Source of the DNA: Catajapyx aquilonaris
Lineage: Eukaryota
DNA: 20,888 nt
Assembly (NCBI GenBank): GCA_000934665.2
Contig: KZ538483.1
Location: forward strand, 62,001-82,888
Reading direction: 5' to 3'
The position numbers were made by a program, and so were the translations under genes. Under the pieces are notes generated by a model. The model was not told the DNA's origin. It did no database searches and worked only from the letters and a program-made list of their open reading frames with translations. How positions within the stretch are numbered: the first letter of the stretch is position 1; the number at the start of each line of letters is the position of its first letter. Shown here piece after piece: positions 1 to 11,410 of this stretch.

Positions 1-2325
1 ATATTTTCAAAGTAATGAACAATAGTTCGGTAGTACAGCACTTGAAGTACTGTACATTAAAAGTTATGTTCAGCAGAAAATTTAAATACCATACGTTACA
101 AGCTATCTTCTGTCTTGTATTAAAAGTTGTATTAGTCAGAAAATTTCCCAGTTTTTTAGGTGTTACAATAATGACAGCCAAAGTGGCATTAATTATCGCT
201 AATGTTGATTCAGGAACTACTTGTTGTCATATTATTTATTTATAATTTTTTAAATATTTTTACGTTACCCCGTGATAGGCCCTTTTAGGGGGGAGGAATA
301 CCACCATTTTTTCTTCAATCTTCAGATTGTTGTTATTTTAACGTAGAGTACTAATCGACTGAAAGTATGCTCAACAATGGCATCGTTTCAGTAGCAATTA
401 GAGTAAAATAAAAATTAATGAAATGGTGAAAACCACTGAAAAAAAAACATTTCTATTGTGATATGTGGCATAACATATAACAAAAGTAAGAACTGTAAAG
501 TCAGGCATTAATTGCGTGCTAAACTGTAGTGTGCCCACACGTACTCACATCAACATGCCATCTCGATATAGATAAAAATAGGAAATTCCTAGAAAAAACA
601 ACAACATAAAAGTACAGTATAGCCTCTATCACCTGGCTGGTTTCACTGCAATTTCAGGTATTAAATTAGTTTTCACTATTCACAATAATTTCAGCCAAAT
701 TTCACTATTCATAATAATTTCAGCCAAATTAGTTTTCGCCTGAAATAATCAGACTTCGCAATATTGTTATACAAACAACTGTACATAATTTCAAGACCTT
801 TTTTTCGCCTCCTCATTTTGCATTTGTTTTCAGCTCCATTATTACGGAAACTTCACTCTTTTGTGACCGGTAGCTCAGTTCTTAAAAAATAGCCAACTTC
901 CCATCCAGCCATAGCGAGTCCAACAGGCCATGACTTGCAGCGTGATTTGCACGTTAGGCCAAATTTTTTACGCCTTCCCACCACTAGTAGTCGGAGGAAA
1001 AAGGAAGGCATAAAAACATGGGGGTCCGTGCTGCCAATATGCTTCTGCAGAAGTACCTAATATGGCCGTTAATATTTTCTCTCTCTAGAAGTACTAGTCG
1101 TAAAAATATAGCATTTAACGCATAGAGTAGCCGTGACTGAATCACGGTCGGCCATCTTGATCAGTTTGATCCTAAAACACAAGATGGAGGTGGTCAAATT
1201 GGTTATTGGAGGTAGAGTCAAATGAGAAGCGGCAACCCAGAAGCAACATGTGGTTCTTGGGCTTTTCGCACTGACAGCTCGCAGCGCGGATGACATAATA
1301 AAAGCCGAGTGGAAATCGATGGCCTGCGTGTTGGGGCTTGGATCAGAAGAGTGGTGGCAGATTGGTGGGTGATGGTTTCAACAAAAAAAAAAAAATGGGG
1401 GGGAGAGAAGGTGAGGAAATAGCGAGTCGCCACTTCCGATCATCAATCAATCATTATGACTAGAAAATCTTGGCAGATTCAAGCTCCACCCATTTCTCTA
1501 GAGGCAATGTGTGATTGGATATCAGGCAGAAATGGGTGGAGTGCAAATTGCGAATTGACTAATCGGCTTTGTCTGTCCGTCTGTTGTTTGTCCTGATGAG
1601 TCATCGCCTTATCACTTTATATGGCCAGATATGAGCTAAAATCGCATTAAAAGTACGAAACAATAATATGGAACTAACTTGTAAGAAGGGAATGTCATTA
1701 GCAATGTCATTAGCAATAGCAACACTACAGTTTTTTTAATTTATTGCTGCGTTTTGAAGAGGAATTCGGTATAAGTGTAAATGGCAGGAATGCACTTCAT
1801 GACGGTGGGGATCTGTGTTCAAAATGAGCTCTATACCTACAGCAGAGTTTGAGTTATAGGGCGAATTTAAAAGCAGCAAGAAATTATTGGAAAAATTATT
1901 CAATGCACGGTCTTATACTTATAGGGGCTATAAAAGTACTGCGCTTTTGAATACTAGTCACTCTGTAGTTATCCATGCGGACTATTTCATACACTGATCA
2001 GCAATAAGAGGAATATTAGGTCCGTTTTGCACAAGCAGAAGGTCTCTGGGCATGCGAACACGCCACAACTAAACAAACATTAACTGCTTAATGCAGCGAT
2101 GTCACCGCCAGTTCAATTGTATTCAAAACAGACAAGTCACGTAATGTGCAGCATTGCATTAAAATCTCATTTACAGCGGATGTCATAAATAATACAGTAT
2201 CTGGCTGCTGGTGCTGCCGTAACATGTATATGTCACGCGTGTGTGTGTGATGTGTTTCCGGGAAGTGATGTGCTCATGTAAAAAAGTTTATATTGCGTGT
2301 AAATACAAATAATAATGGAGCCTAC
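1..2325 (-). other. Lim1 next intron (phase 1, partial)
   Basis: Begins with GTAGG donor at 2325. No homeodomain-coding exon was recognised in 1-2325, although a short linker exon cannot be excluded. Confidence 0.7.
663..737. repeat. 30-bp tandem duplication
   Basis: TTTCACTATTCA(C/T)AATAATTTCAGCCAAAT occurs twice, bracketed by AAATTAGTTTTC. Confidence 0.75.
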
Positions 2326-2531
2326 CTTGCTGACTCTTGCCGCTGAGGTAGTCATCCTTGCAGATAAACTTGTTATCATCCAGGACATAGAGCTCCTCTC
2401 CAGTGGACAGCTGTTTCCGGCAGACCATACAGGTGAAGCAGTTGAGGTGGAAAACCTTGTCTCGAGCCTTTCGAACCAGGTCGCTTGGAGATATTCCTTG
2501 TGAGCAGCCCGCACATTTGGTGCCATACCTC
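2326..2531 (-). CDS. Lim1: Lhx1/5 (Lim1) second coding exon, LIM domain 2 (gene continues beyond window start)
   Basis: Acceptor ttgtacAG|G at 2533-2532 and donor CAAG|GTAGG at 2325. The 206 nt encode (R)[68 protein letters not shown]. Splicing to exon 1 gives the canonical DFFRRYGTKC junction in frame. Confidence 0.96.
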
Positions 2532-5414
2532 CTGTACAACAGACAAGCCAGGGAATCAGCTAACAATCAAGAAAGCATCCGGTGGTGGCCAACTCATCAA
2601 GTCAACTCCATATTGTTTACAGCACTTGGTTTATTTCATATAATATTCATCAGTAATTTATACAAAGCGATGCAGTCTTCAAGTTTTCACAACAATGACA
2701 AGGCTAACTGATGAGTTACACAAAAATATTTTTAAAAAACCTCATGACATCTCTGTTTGAAGTTAAGTGTCTTCATTTACAGTGTGGTAATAACTTTAAA
2801 AAGAAATACGGCCATAAAAATGTGACGTTACAAGACTTTACGATAAAGTGATGGCAAGTCATGTCGGGGAATATCGTGAGAAGTAGCGTGATATTGGCGG
2901 TATTTCAACCCTTTTTACGAGGTCATTTAATGTCTCCACCAGCATGTGGTCCATACTGCATAATTCATGACTAAATTAATTCGCATACCCCCAGCTTTCT
3001 AACTGTCTCATTTCAACAAACGTTCCTGAAATTTTTTGGGGGATATTTTCTTTTATATACCTGTATAGGATCCGGCAACAATGGAGACAAGCCCCTTAGG
3101 TAGGAAAAGCACGCGTGGCAGAACAGGTAGCTCACGATTCCTCTTCTCCTCCCCGAAGTAGCCCCCGAATTAAGCCTGGCCCATCCTTATAATTTTTTTC
3201 GGTGGTTCTTAAAAACCCTCCCCCTTGTGCCTACCCCTTCTTTTTCCAAGTCCCCCCATCTCCAAAGCATCGGAGTGGCAAAGCGTTTAAGTCCCGACTC
3301 ATCATTGTATTTACGGTAGACGATAATTATAACATGGTGGACTGCAATTACCCTTCTCCAACCCTGTAATTTGGGCTTGCTCGGAACCTTGTCCCGGAGC
3401 CTGTAACTTGGCAGGGACTGGACCCTATCATTACCCTCCCCACCCTCACCTATCCCTTCTTATGCGGGGGCTCCCGATCGCTTCCTCAAATCCAGTTTTC
3501 TCCCACAGGACCATCTTTAAAAAAAAATGTTTATAAGAAAAGAAAAAGGAGGGTTGAATCTGATAACCTCATGCCATGAATTTATTAGCTGGGGCCTGGG
3601 TCGTGATTTTAAAATATTTTTTTTTGGAAATATGTAACTCCCTCTGGATGGAAGCTTCTATGTCTTGAGAAGGGGGTAAAACTAGTAGCTTCTTCCGTCC
3701 AGCCTGGAGGTATTATACCAATTATTTATTTTTTTTAAGGCGAGAGAAGAAGAAGGGGGGGTATTGCCACATTGGGCAGTGACAAATATGGCTTCTGGCC
3801 CCGTCCGCCCGCCTCACGACTTTGCCCGTTGCTAGCATCGCGTCTGAAGCCGTCACACTCGAATTCTTCACTTGATAAGGCTTGTCACAAGTGGCACGAC
3901 AATGACAGACCGCATTTGTTAACCTCCACACATGTGTATCCCGCACAATGTTCTCGTGAGTTGAAAAGCAAGATGGCAGCGGTTCTGAAACAATCGTATA
4001 TATAGTGTGTTTCCACAGTTTAAAATTTTTACATCAATTAGTTGGAACCTGCAGTTCAATTTGACAACATGACACATGGATATGGTGACAGTAATTTTCA
4101 ATGTTCAGCTGACAACTCCTGTGGCGTCACCCTGTGTAACACTCACCATACTACATTTCTCACAGAAGTCACGTCCTTTATATGTATATATTTTTTGTAC
4201 CTTTTCCTTTCTCTCTAGCTCTTTTGTTATCAGGGGGATTGGCGCTTGCAAGATGGCGGTATACCTCGGGGCCCATCTGCTACCGGGTAGATCTCAACCC
4301 CCCATCATCAGAGAAATATTGGAAATCTGGCCCTGAGCTGTTTTCTTCTAGATCAAATCCTATTTTCCAGCAACCCCCACATCTGGTATATATACACAAG
4401 TGCATTTACCTCTGGCTACGTTCCATGTGCTGTGCGAAACTGTTTCGACAGGTGAGGGTTCGTGTACCGTATCAGGCGCGACAGAGATGAATCAGTTGCA
4501 GGGAAATTGGCCAGTTTCGGTCGCGGTCTGATACAATATCAGGTAGTGGGCCTTATGACAGCGGCCTCATATTTTATCACGTACTAACTCCAGGGGGGCC
4601 TAACGCCGAATTATGCTTTGGGAACACCCTGTAAGTTTCCTCCACGTTCTATATAAAAAACTGGTGAATCTACAGGCTGCAAATGTGGACTATCTTTCTC
4701 CTAATAGGCTCGGATGTTTGTCCGACCTGATAGTATCGCTATTGACCTGAAGGTGTCAAAATTCTATGCGTTTTTTACACTAATTATTCTTGCTCATTGC
4801 AGTAGCCTAAGCGTTGCATTGGTTTGACCCGTGCTGACAACAGAGCGATGCGGCAACCCTGCCAATGTTAGGTTTTCCAATAACATGTCAACATAATTAA
4901 GCAATTCGGTGTAGCCTGTGCCTCAATGTCAGGTCGACGCCATCTATACAATCCGTAAACGATGTGACAAACTATATATTACAATGTGTACCATTTCGCA
5001 TTTATATTCAGTGCGTACATACACATACACAACACGCATGCACGTCACCCCAGCAGCAGGCCCTTTTGTTGTCCGCTGGGTGGCTGTGGGGTTGTGGGTT
5101 GGCTGGCAAGAGTTGCAGATGCAAATAGGAGGGGCTGTATAGAGTGTATAGTGGTATGGCTGGAAGGCTTTTTCCCCCAAAGTGAATGGCGTGTTCCATT
5201 AGATAGAGGGAGCCCCTCCCTCCCCGGGGAGAGGCCGTCACGGAAGAAGTGGGTAACAGACAGCAGAAGGCCAGCCGGTGACGTCACAGGCCCTCCCTTT
5301 CAGATTAGGCCTCCACAGGCACTGACACAGGCGCCTCCTTCTATCCAGGACGCCCACTAGACATCACTCCCATACATTCCCACTACTCAAACTACTCCTT
5401 AACCTACAATATGC

Positions 5415-5635
5415 ACTGTCAACACCTGTACGAAATTTTCATTTCTGTGGAGGTTCCATATGGGCCACTTTTTGTATACTAAAAATAATGCTAAATCCTC
5501 AATACCTGTGCAAAAATCATATGGGGCCATATGGGCCATCTTATATGCGTTCATAAGCACTCAAATTAATACAAAATCGGTCAACACCTGTACAATAAGT
5601 TCATATGGGGCCATATGGGGCCATATGGGGCCTTC
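5415..5635. repeat. CCATATGGG short-repeat cluster with ~162-bp duplication
   Basis: TCAACACCTGTAC at 5419 and 5581. CATATGGG(G)C recurs at about 5457, 5518-5538 and 5602-5632. Confidence 0.6.
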
Positions 5636-6699
5636 ATACACATGTTTATATGCACTGAATTTACACAGAGACTTTCTGCGGACTTCTTGATGCAATATAG
5701 GGACTTAAAATGTACCAAATTTTCATATGGGACATGTTCTTATTGCTGTGTATCGTTTCTGATCGACAACTGTGGAGGGTATGGGTTATGATGGGGGGAG
5801 ACGAATTTTATTTCCGGATCCGGAAGGAGGATTGCGAAATAATATTTTCCTGGGGGGCCCATACCCATCCCTATGCCTCCCTCCCTCCCCCACCACCCAT
5901 TCCTATATACCCCATCTCTCCCATGGCGCCGCAGTTTTTGCGGATCGGTGGCTGCAAAATAGCTCTCGGGGGCTTAATCCTAATTGTTTTTCATTTCCCA
6001 AAGCCGATTCCGAGGGGATTATGGGAACTGGAAGCTTATTACCACCAAAAGGGGAGGGAGGGGAAAGCGGGGAGATGGAATGAGAGAGGGGGGGGGGAGA
6101 AAAAAACGTGGGGCGAGCTTGACGTTCCCTCCCTATCCAAAATGGCTATAGGACTATACAGTTTTTCCACCTTCCTTTGTGGGAGGATAATTACGCCATT
6201 CTTTAGGGGTTCTCTATACATCCCCCCCACCAATGCTNGACCAAAAATGGCGGGTCTGAGTCTGACCACTTCGCGACTTTTGTCGGGTTGTTGAAAGGTA
6301 AGGGTGGTTCCCAGGGGTCGAATTTTGGTTGCTGTAGGTTCTGCAAGTGTGGCACGACTTGGGGAAAAAATTGGCGGATTTGAACGGACAACCAGTGTCC
6401 AACGAGGAGCTGTTGTGTCACAAATGACAGTTTAACTGACAAAAATTGCAAAATTGAATCGTCTGAATACCGTAGAAATCAGCAAAGTCCAATAAAACAG
6501 GCTCGAAATAATCCAGCGCACTTGTTCATAATTACGCAGAATGGTAGAAAATCCGGGCTTTCTGGCTCATGAATCTTCAGGACTAAATGGACTTTACCGC
6601 GGGCGATGCAGCAGACAAAAGGCTACTTCATCGTATTTTATAACTCAAAACCGCCAAAATTTAACAGTGTCATTTAGCTGTAATTAATATATCAGTGAG

Positions 6700-6900
6700 T
6701 ACACTGTAATATTCATGTGCCGATTTAGGAGGTGCTACACTGCTACATTGTGATCAACAAATACCGCCTACGGTATACTGACTTGTAAGACAGCCATCGC
6801 TCAGATGTACTGACTTGAACGTCGAGTACCGTCTACGGTACTGACTTGAAAGCGGTACTTGTTGATCACAACCAAATCGGTACATGAATTACACAGTGTA
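6700..6900. mobile_element. TA-flanked MITE, Tc1/mariner-type
   Basis: TA-CACTG...CAGTG-TA ends. Imperfect 27-bp terminal inverted repeats (6700-6726 and 6874-6900), an inner inverted pair tgtgatcaacaaataccgc/gcggtacttgttgatcaca (6749-6767 and 6852-6870), and three internal TACTGACTTG repeats. Confidence 0.75.
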
Positions 6901-8625
6901 TTCATTACATTTTCGGTCAACGGTCATTAGGCCCCGTCGTGTAACGTCTCACCATAATGAATGCTATAGTTGAAGATCCTCTGAACTTGTTGGTGGCATG
7001 ATATAAATCAGGCCAATCTAATAAGGCCAAATGCATGTAACTTTCGATCAAACTATTCCAACTGCAAGTAACGTGTATGATCCGGCAGTCTATTCTACTT
7101 TGCACCTAAAATACAGCCGACTCTATATGATATGAACTGGTGTGCGCGGGGATCCGACAAACTCTATAACTTACTACATTATTACAGCGTAATGAACACT
7201 GTACATCGTAAAATGCGACCACACAACTTGAAAGGGAGATATGTAGCACGCTGTAACCAACTTTTGTTTTTTGCTTGTAATAAACAGAACATGCTGCCTA
7301 ATTGGCTCTGCATGTTCTACATGGCTTCGATATTGTACAATGCATTACGGCGTGATGAGCATCTGACGCACTCTGTGCATAACTGTGAAAAATATGTGTT
7401 ACAATATGAAGATCAGCGGATGCTGATAGCAACAAACTTTCCTGTTTATACTATATAGATGTATTGTTGACCATTGTCGCGTTCAAATCTACAAGGCATT
7501 TTCCACATCCCTAATATATAACACGTGGCCTAAAAATTGCCCCCCTCAAAAAAATTCAACCCTGATTGAAACACCCAACATTGTCAGCACATATAGGCCC
7601 ACCCACCCCCCCCCAATGAGTGAATAGCATCGGTTGAGACCTGATCGATCTCTATGGATAATATCGAGCGATGGCCGGTCAGTTCAACCCCATCTAGCCC
7701 CCCTGATGTCGCACAATAAAAGCCAAGTCCGGCAACAACAACACCGCCTGTGTTGGCACACACGGGGCTCACACACGTGCATCTGAACGTGTGTGTTGGG
7801 GAGGCTGCAATTCCCTCATACCAAACAACGTCCCCCCCTAAAAATGACGATGAAATGTCGAATTAAATCATGATCAGAGTGGAAGATACATTCGTTTTTT
7901 AAAAATTATGAGCATATATGATTAGGAGCAAAATTATGCGCGGCACATTTTGGGGGGGCCCTAAAGGTATGCGGTTTGTGCTCAGTATTTTGTAGGTAAC
8001 AAAGCCTGTGGAAAATTCCACAATTACATTTCGATCATCCGGATAATAAAAACTGTGTTAACTAGGGAAAAACACCATTGTTGGTGATCAAAAACGCTTA
8101 AAAACCCAATCTTCTGTATTCGAAAAGTATGGGAGGGCACCGAACACTAGGATTATCCGGGGGGGATTCATCCATATAGGCCCATGTGCACCGGACAAAA
8201 ATTGAAATGAGCGTCACAAACTGAATGCCGAAAGCAAATAATGCCGATTACATAATATATCCCCCCCTCCTATGAAAAAAAACTACAACGTTTAATTAAC
8301 ATTGTGCAGTCGGCTGTGCATGTGTGTGTATGCAGGGGATATAACGGCAATTGGAAAATTCCGGAGGCAGCAGACTATCCGTTAGCATTATGTCGGATCA
8401 AAGATGGCGGCTCTTTTTTCGCTTCGAAACTTAACACCACGATTGTCAGGTAATGACGCTTGTTTTGCGACTGATACTTGTAACATCAGGTACAGTGATG
8501 TGGAAATATGCTTAGTTTTCAACAATAGTTGTTGTGTCACCAGTAGTGTGAGTTAGATTACAATTTAATGATGGTCAAGATGGCGGCGCTGCGATGCAGG
8601 GTTAACTCTTAAACTGTTGAAGAAA

Positions 8626-9593
8626 CGGCATAAAAATAGTGCAGATTTCAACTCTGCTACGTTGACGCTTACAATAGCAGCGTTGAAATCTGCACGATGT
8701 TTATGCCGACTCAAATCAAGTAGAAGAAAGCGCGAAAATCACTCAAAAACCAGTAGAAAACTACTCGAAAATATTTCGAGTGCAGATTTCAACGCCGCTA
8801 TTTTAATCGTCAAGGTAGCAGCATTGAAATCTCCATTCTAACAATTTTCGAGTATTTTTCCCACTCGTTTTGAGTGATTTTTAATATTTCTTTTCCCTTG
8901 ATTTGAATCCCACTCGTTTTGAGTGAAAATCAATCGATCTCTTGAGTAATTTTCGCTACTTCTTCCGCTTCATTTGAATCCCACTGGTTTTGAGTATAAA
9001 TCGCTCAATCTTTTGAGTAATTTTGACTCAGAATTCGTAATCATCTTCACTCACTAGCTGAAAAAGTAGTCCCTCACTCTATTTTCACTCTTCTTCCGAG
9101 TAATATTCCACTCGATTTGAGTTGAAGTAAATCTTTGCCCTGGGAAATTCACGCAAGAAGAGAATTTTGAGAAATTGCTCATTTTTCGAGTGAAATCGTC
9201 ACTCGAAATTTTTTAATGAGTACATGTACTCTCTAAAAATTTGCGAGTGACGATTCAGTGACTAACAATAAGAAATTCACGCAAGAAGAGAATTTGGCGA
9301 AATTGCTCGTTTTTCGAGTGACGATTCGAGTGACGAATTCGAGTGAAAATTTTCGAGTGACGCAAGAAGAGAATTTTGCGAAATTGCTCGTTTTTCGAGT
9401 GACGATTCGAGTGACGAATTCGAGTGAAAATTTTCGAGTGACGCAAGAAGAGAATTTTGCGAAATTGCTCCTTTTTGAGTGAAATTTCATCAATCTGATT
9501 TCACTCAAAACAGGAGCAATTTCGCAAAATTGTCTTCTTGCGTGAATTTCTTATTGTTAGTCGCATAATGCATTATGCGACTAACGCAATAAG
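8626..9593. repeat. Fold-back-like composite of hairpins and tandem repeats
   Basis: Hairpin 8626-8708 (31/34 arm identity). Larger hairpin 8711-8906 with the same GTGCAGATTTCAAC core. CCACTCGTTTTGAGT-type units to about 9125. 81-bp tandem units at 9280, 9361 and 9442. Inverted copy 9501-9562 of 9260-9321. Perfect 30-bp palindrome 9556-9585. Confidence 0.85.
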
Positions 9594-10644
9594 TGCACTT
9601 TCACGTACATACCAAACTTGTTGCTTATATGAACATATATATTCGGAGTAAATTCCTGTCGCACCTTCAGCTGCATATCTGATGATCTGACTCTAACAAA
9701 ACGTGTCGTCCCAACCGAAATGAGACATTTTGAGGACACCAAGGACACCTGATAAAAGACCTTTTTCCTGGCAGGGGGGCAGGGACCCCGAAAACATACC
9801 TCCCAAGACTTCAAAACCTCCAGTTTTATAAAGGAGGCTAAGGAAAAGGTATAGGGGTGGTTTTATATATACATTAAAAAAATTAAAGTGGGCCAATTAT
9901 AGTCCCGCCCACGACTCACGGCCTGGAATAATGTGGACCTGTGTGTAAGTGTGCGTAATAAGCGGGTTTGAAAGGGGGATACGGTGGCCCAGCAAAGGAT
10001 CTTTGACTCGCCGAGGAAGAAAGAGGACGGTGGGATCAAACTCTTTTTCGGACCACGGCCGATATAAATTTATAGGAGGCGGTACCAGGTGTAATGTCGC
10101 AATAAAGTAGTTGTATACAGTACATTCAGAAATATTCGGAGTGAAAATATTGGCTAGAAAGTTTAAGTTATAACTCATTTGGACTGGTCATTTGAAAGCA
10201 TGAGTGAAATTTTCATACTGTATATGCCATCAGTTATTTCGATTCATGCCATGTATGTCATATGTGTCTCATAATTATGTGTCGAACATGTACTTTTGAT
10301 TCGGGCCAGTTTATGAATATTCGACCACTAGGCCCTATTTATCTATTACTATTTTGATTAGTTTTTTCAAGTAGCGCTCAATGATTTTGGCCGAAATTTG
10401 CATCAACTTCTATCATATAGTAATTATTGCAATTTTAATAAGTGTTTTTACTGAACAATACGGATTTTTAGCCAACTAAATTGGTTTGCAAACGACAAAA
10501 GCAAAGAAATTCGCGCAGTTTGTCACTCTGTACTAACTAGTATACATATCAAAAATTACAACAATGCAAAAAATTATTAAAAATTTCCTTTCTGCGGATA
10601 GGCACAAACTGATGGACTCAAGTCGCCCCCAAAATTGCGATCAA

Positions 10645-11099
10645 TTGGAATAAACCTATAGTCCGAAAACTGGCAATTTCACTATATAATTCCACTATTT
10701 TCCAGAATATTTCACTCTTCGAGCAAAACTAGCGTCCGCCAATTAACTATACTAATTATCCCTATAACAATTTCGGTAAATTGGAATGAAAAGTACAACC
10801 CGCGAAAACTCAGCAATTTCACTACATACTTCACTGGAATATTTCGCTATTCGCCAGAATTTTGAGTGCATATATCACTATTCAATAAAATTCAACTCGA
10901 ATTCACTGTTCAAGTGTAACGAGCAAAAACTATTTTAGCCGCCTAAAACTATACTAATAGCCCCAAAATTTCGGCCAATTTGGATAAAACTATACACCAG
11001 CCGAAAACTCTGACAATTTCACTATATGGAAGCTCCCGGTTCTATATAGGCCTCACTATAATATTCCACTATTCACTATAGGAATTCGCCAGAATTTTA
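10645..11099 (+). repeat. Degenerate tandem repeat, about 3 units of 140-200 bp
   Basis: GAAAACT..CAATTTCACTA recurs at about 10666, 10804 and 11003, with shared GAGCAAAA, AACTATACTAAT and TTTCGG..AATT blocks. Confidence 0.7.
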
Positions 11100-11410
11100 C
11101 TATTCACTAGAATTCACTCTCATTTAACTATTCTAGTGATTAGCGAAATAATAGTGAATTCTAGTGAATAGTTAAATGAGAGTGAATTCTAGTGAATAGT
11201 TAAATGAGAGTGAATTCTAGTGAATAGTTAAATGAGAGTGAATTCTAGTGAATAGTTAAATGAGAGTGAATTCTAGTGAATAGTTAAATGAGAGTGAATT
11301 CTAGTGAATAGTTAAATGAGAGTGAATTCTAGTGAATAGTTAAATGAGAGTGAATTCTAGTGAATATATTCATAGAATTCACTCTCATTTAACTATTCAC
11401 TAGAATTCAC
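11100..11410. repeat. 28-bp minisatellite (CTAGTGAATAGTTAAATGAGAGTGAATT, about 7.6 identical copies) flanked by inverted copies
   Basis: Perfect units 11153-11366 (CTAG at 11161, 11189 ... 11357). Reverse-complement copies at 11100-11133 and 11367-11410. Confidence 0.95.

Noticed and set aside
1069..1296. ORF containing KSPRTT, reminiscent of the Lhx1 homeodomain start RGPRTT
   Set aside because: The following residues do not match the homeodomain (no IKAKQLE or WFQN), so this is a chance similarity.
5710..6294. Longest ORF in the window (194 aa, plus strand)
   Set aside because: No recognisable domain, composition driven by G/C homopolymer runs, contains an N at 6238, and lies antisense within the intron.
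8595..8612. AGGGTTAA as a piggyBac-type terminus
   Set aside because: No matching TTAACCCT partner end was identified.
9233..9508. Repetitive ORFs on both strands
   Set aside because: By-product of the 81-bp (3n) tandem repeat.
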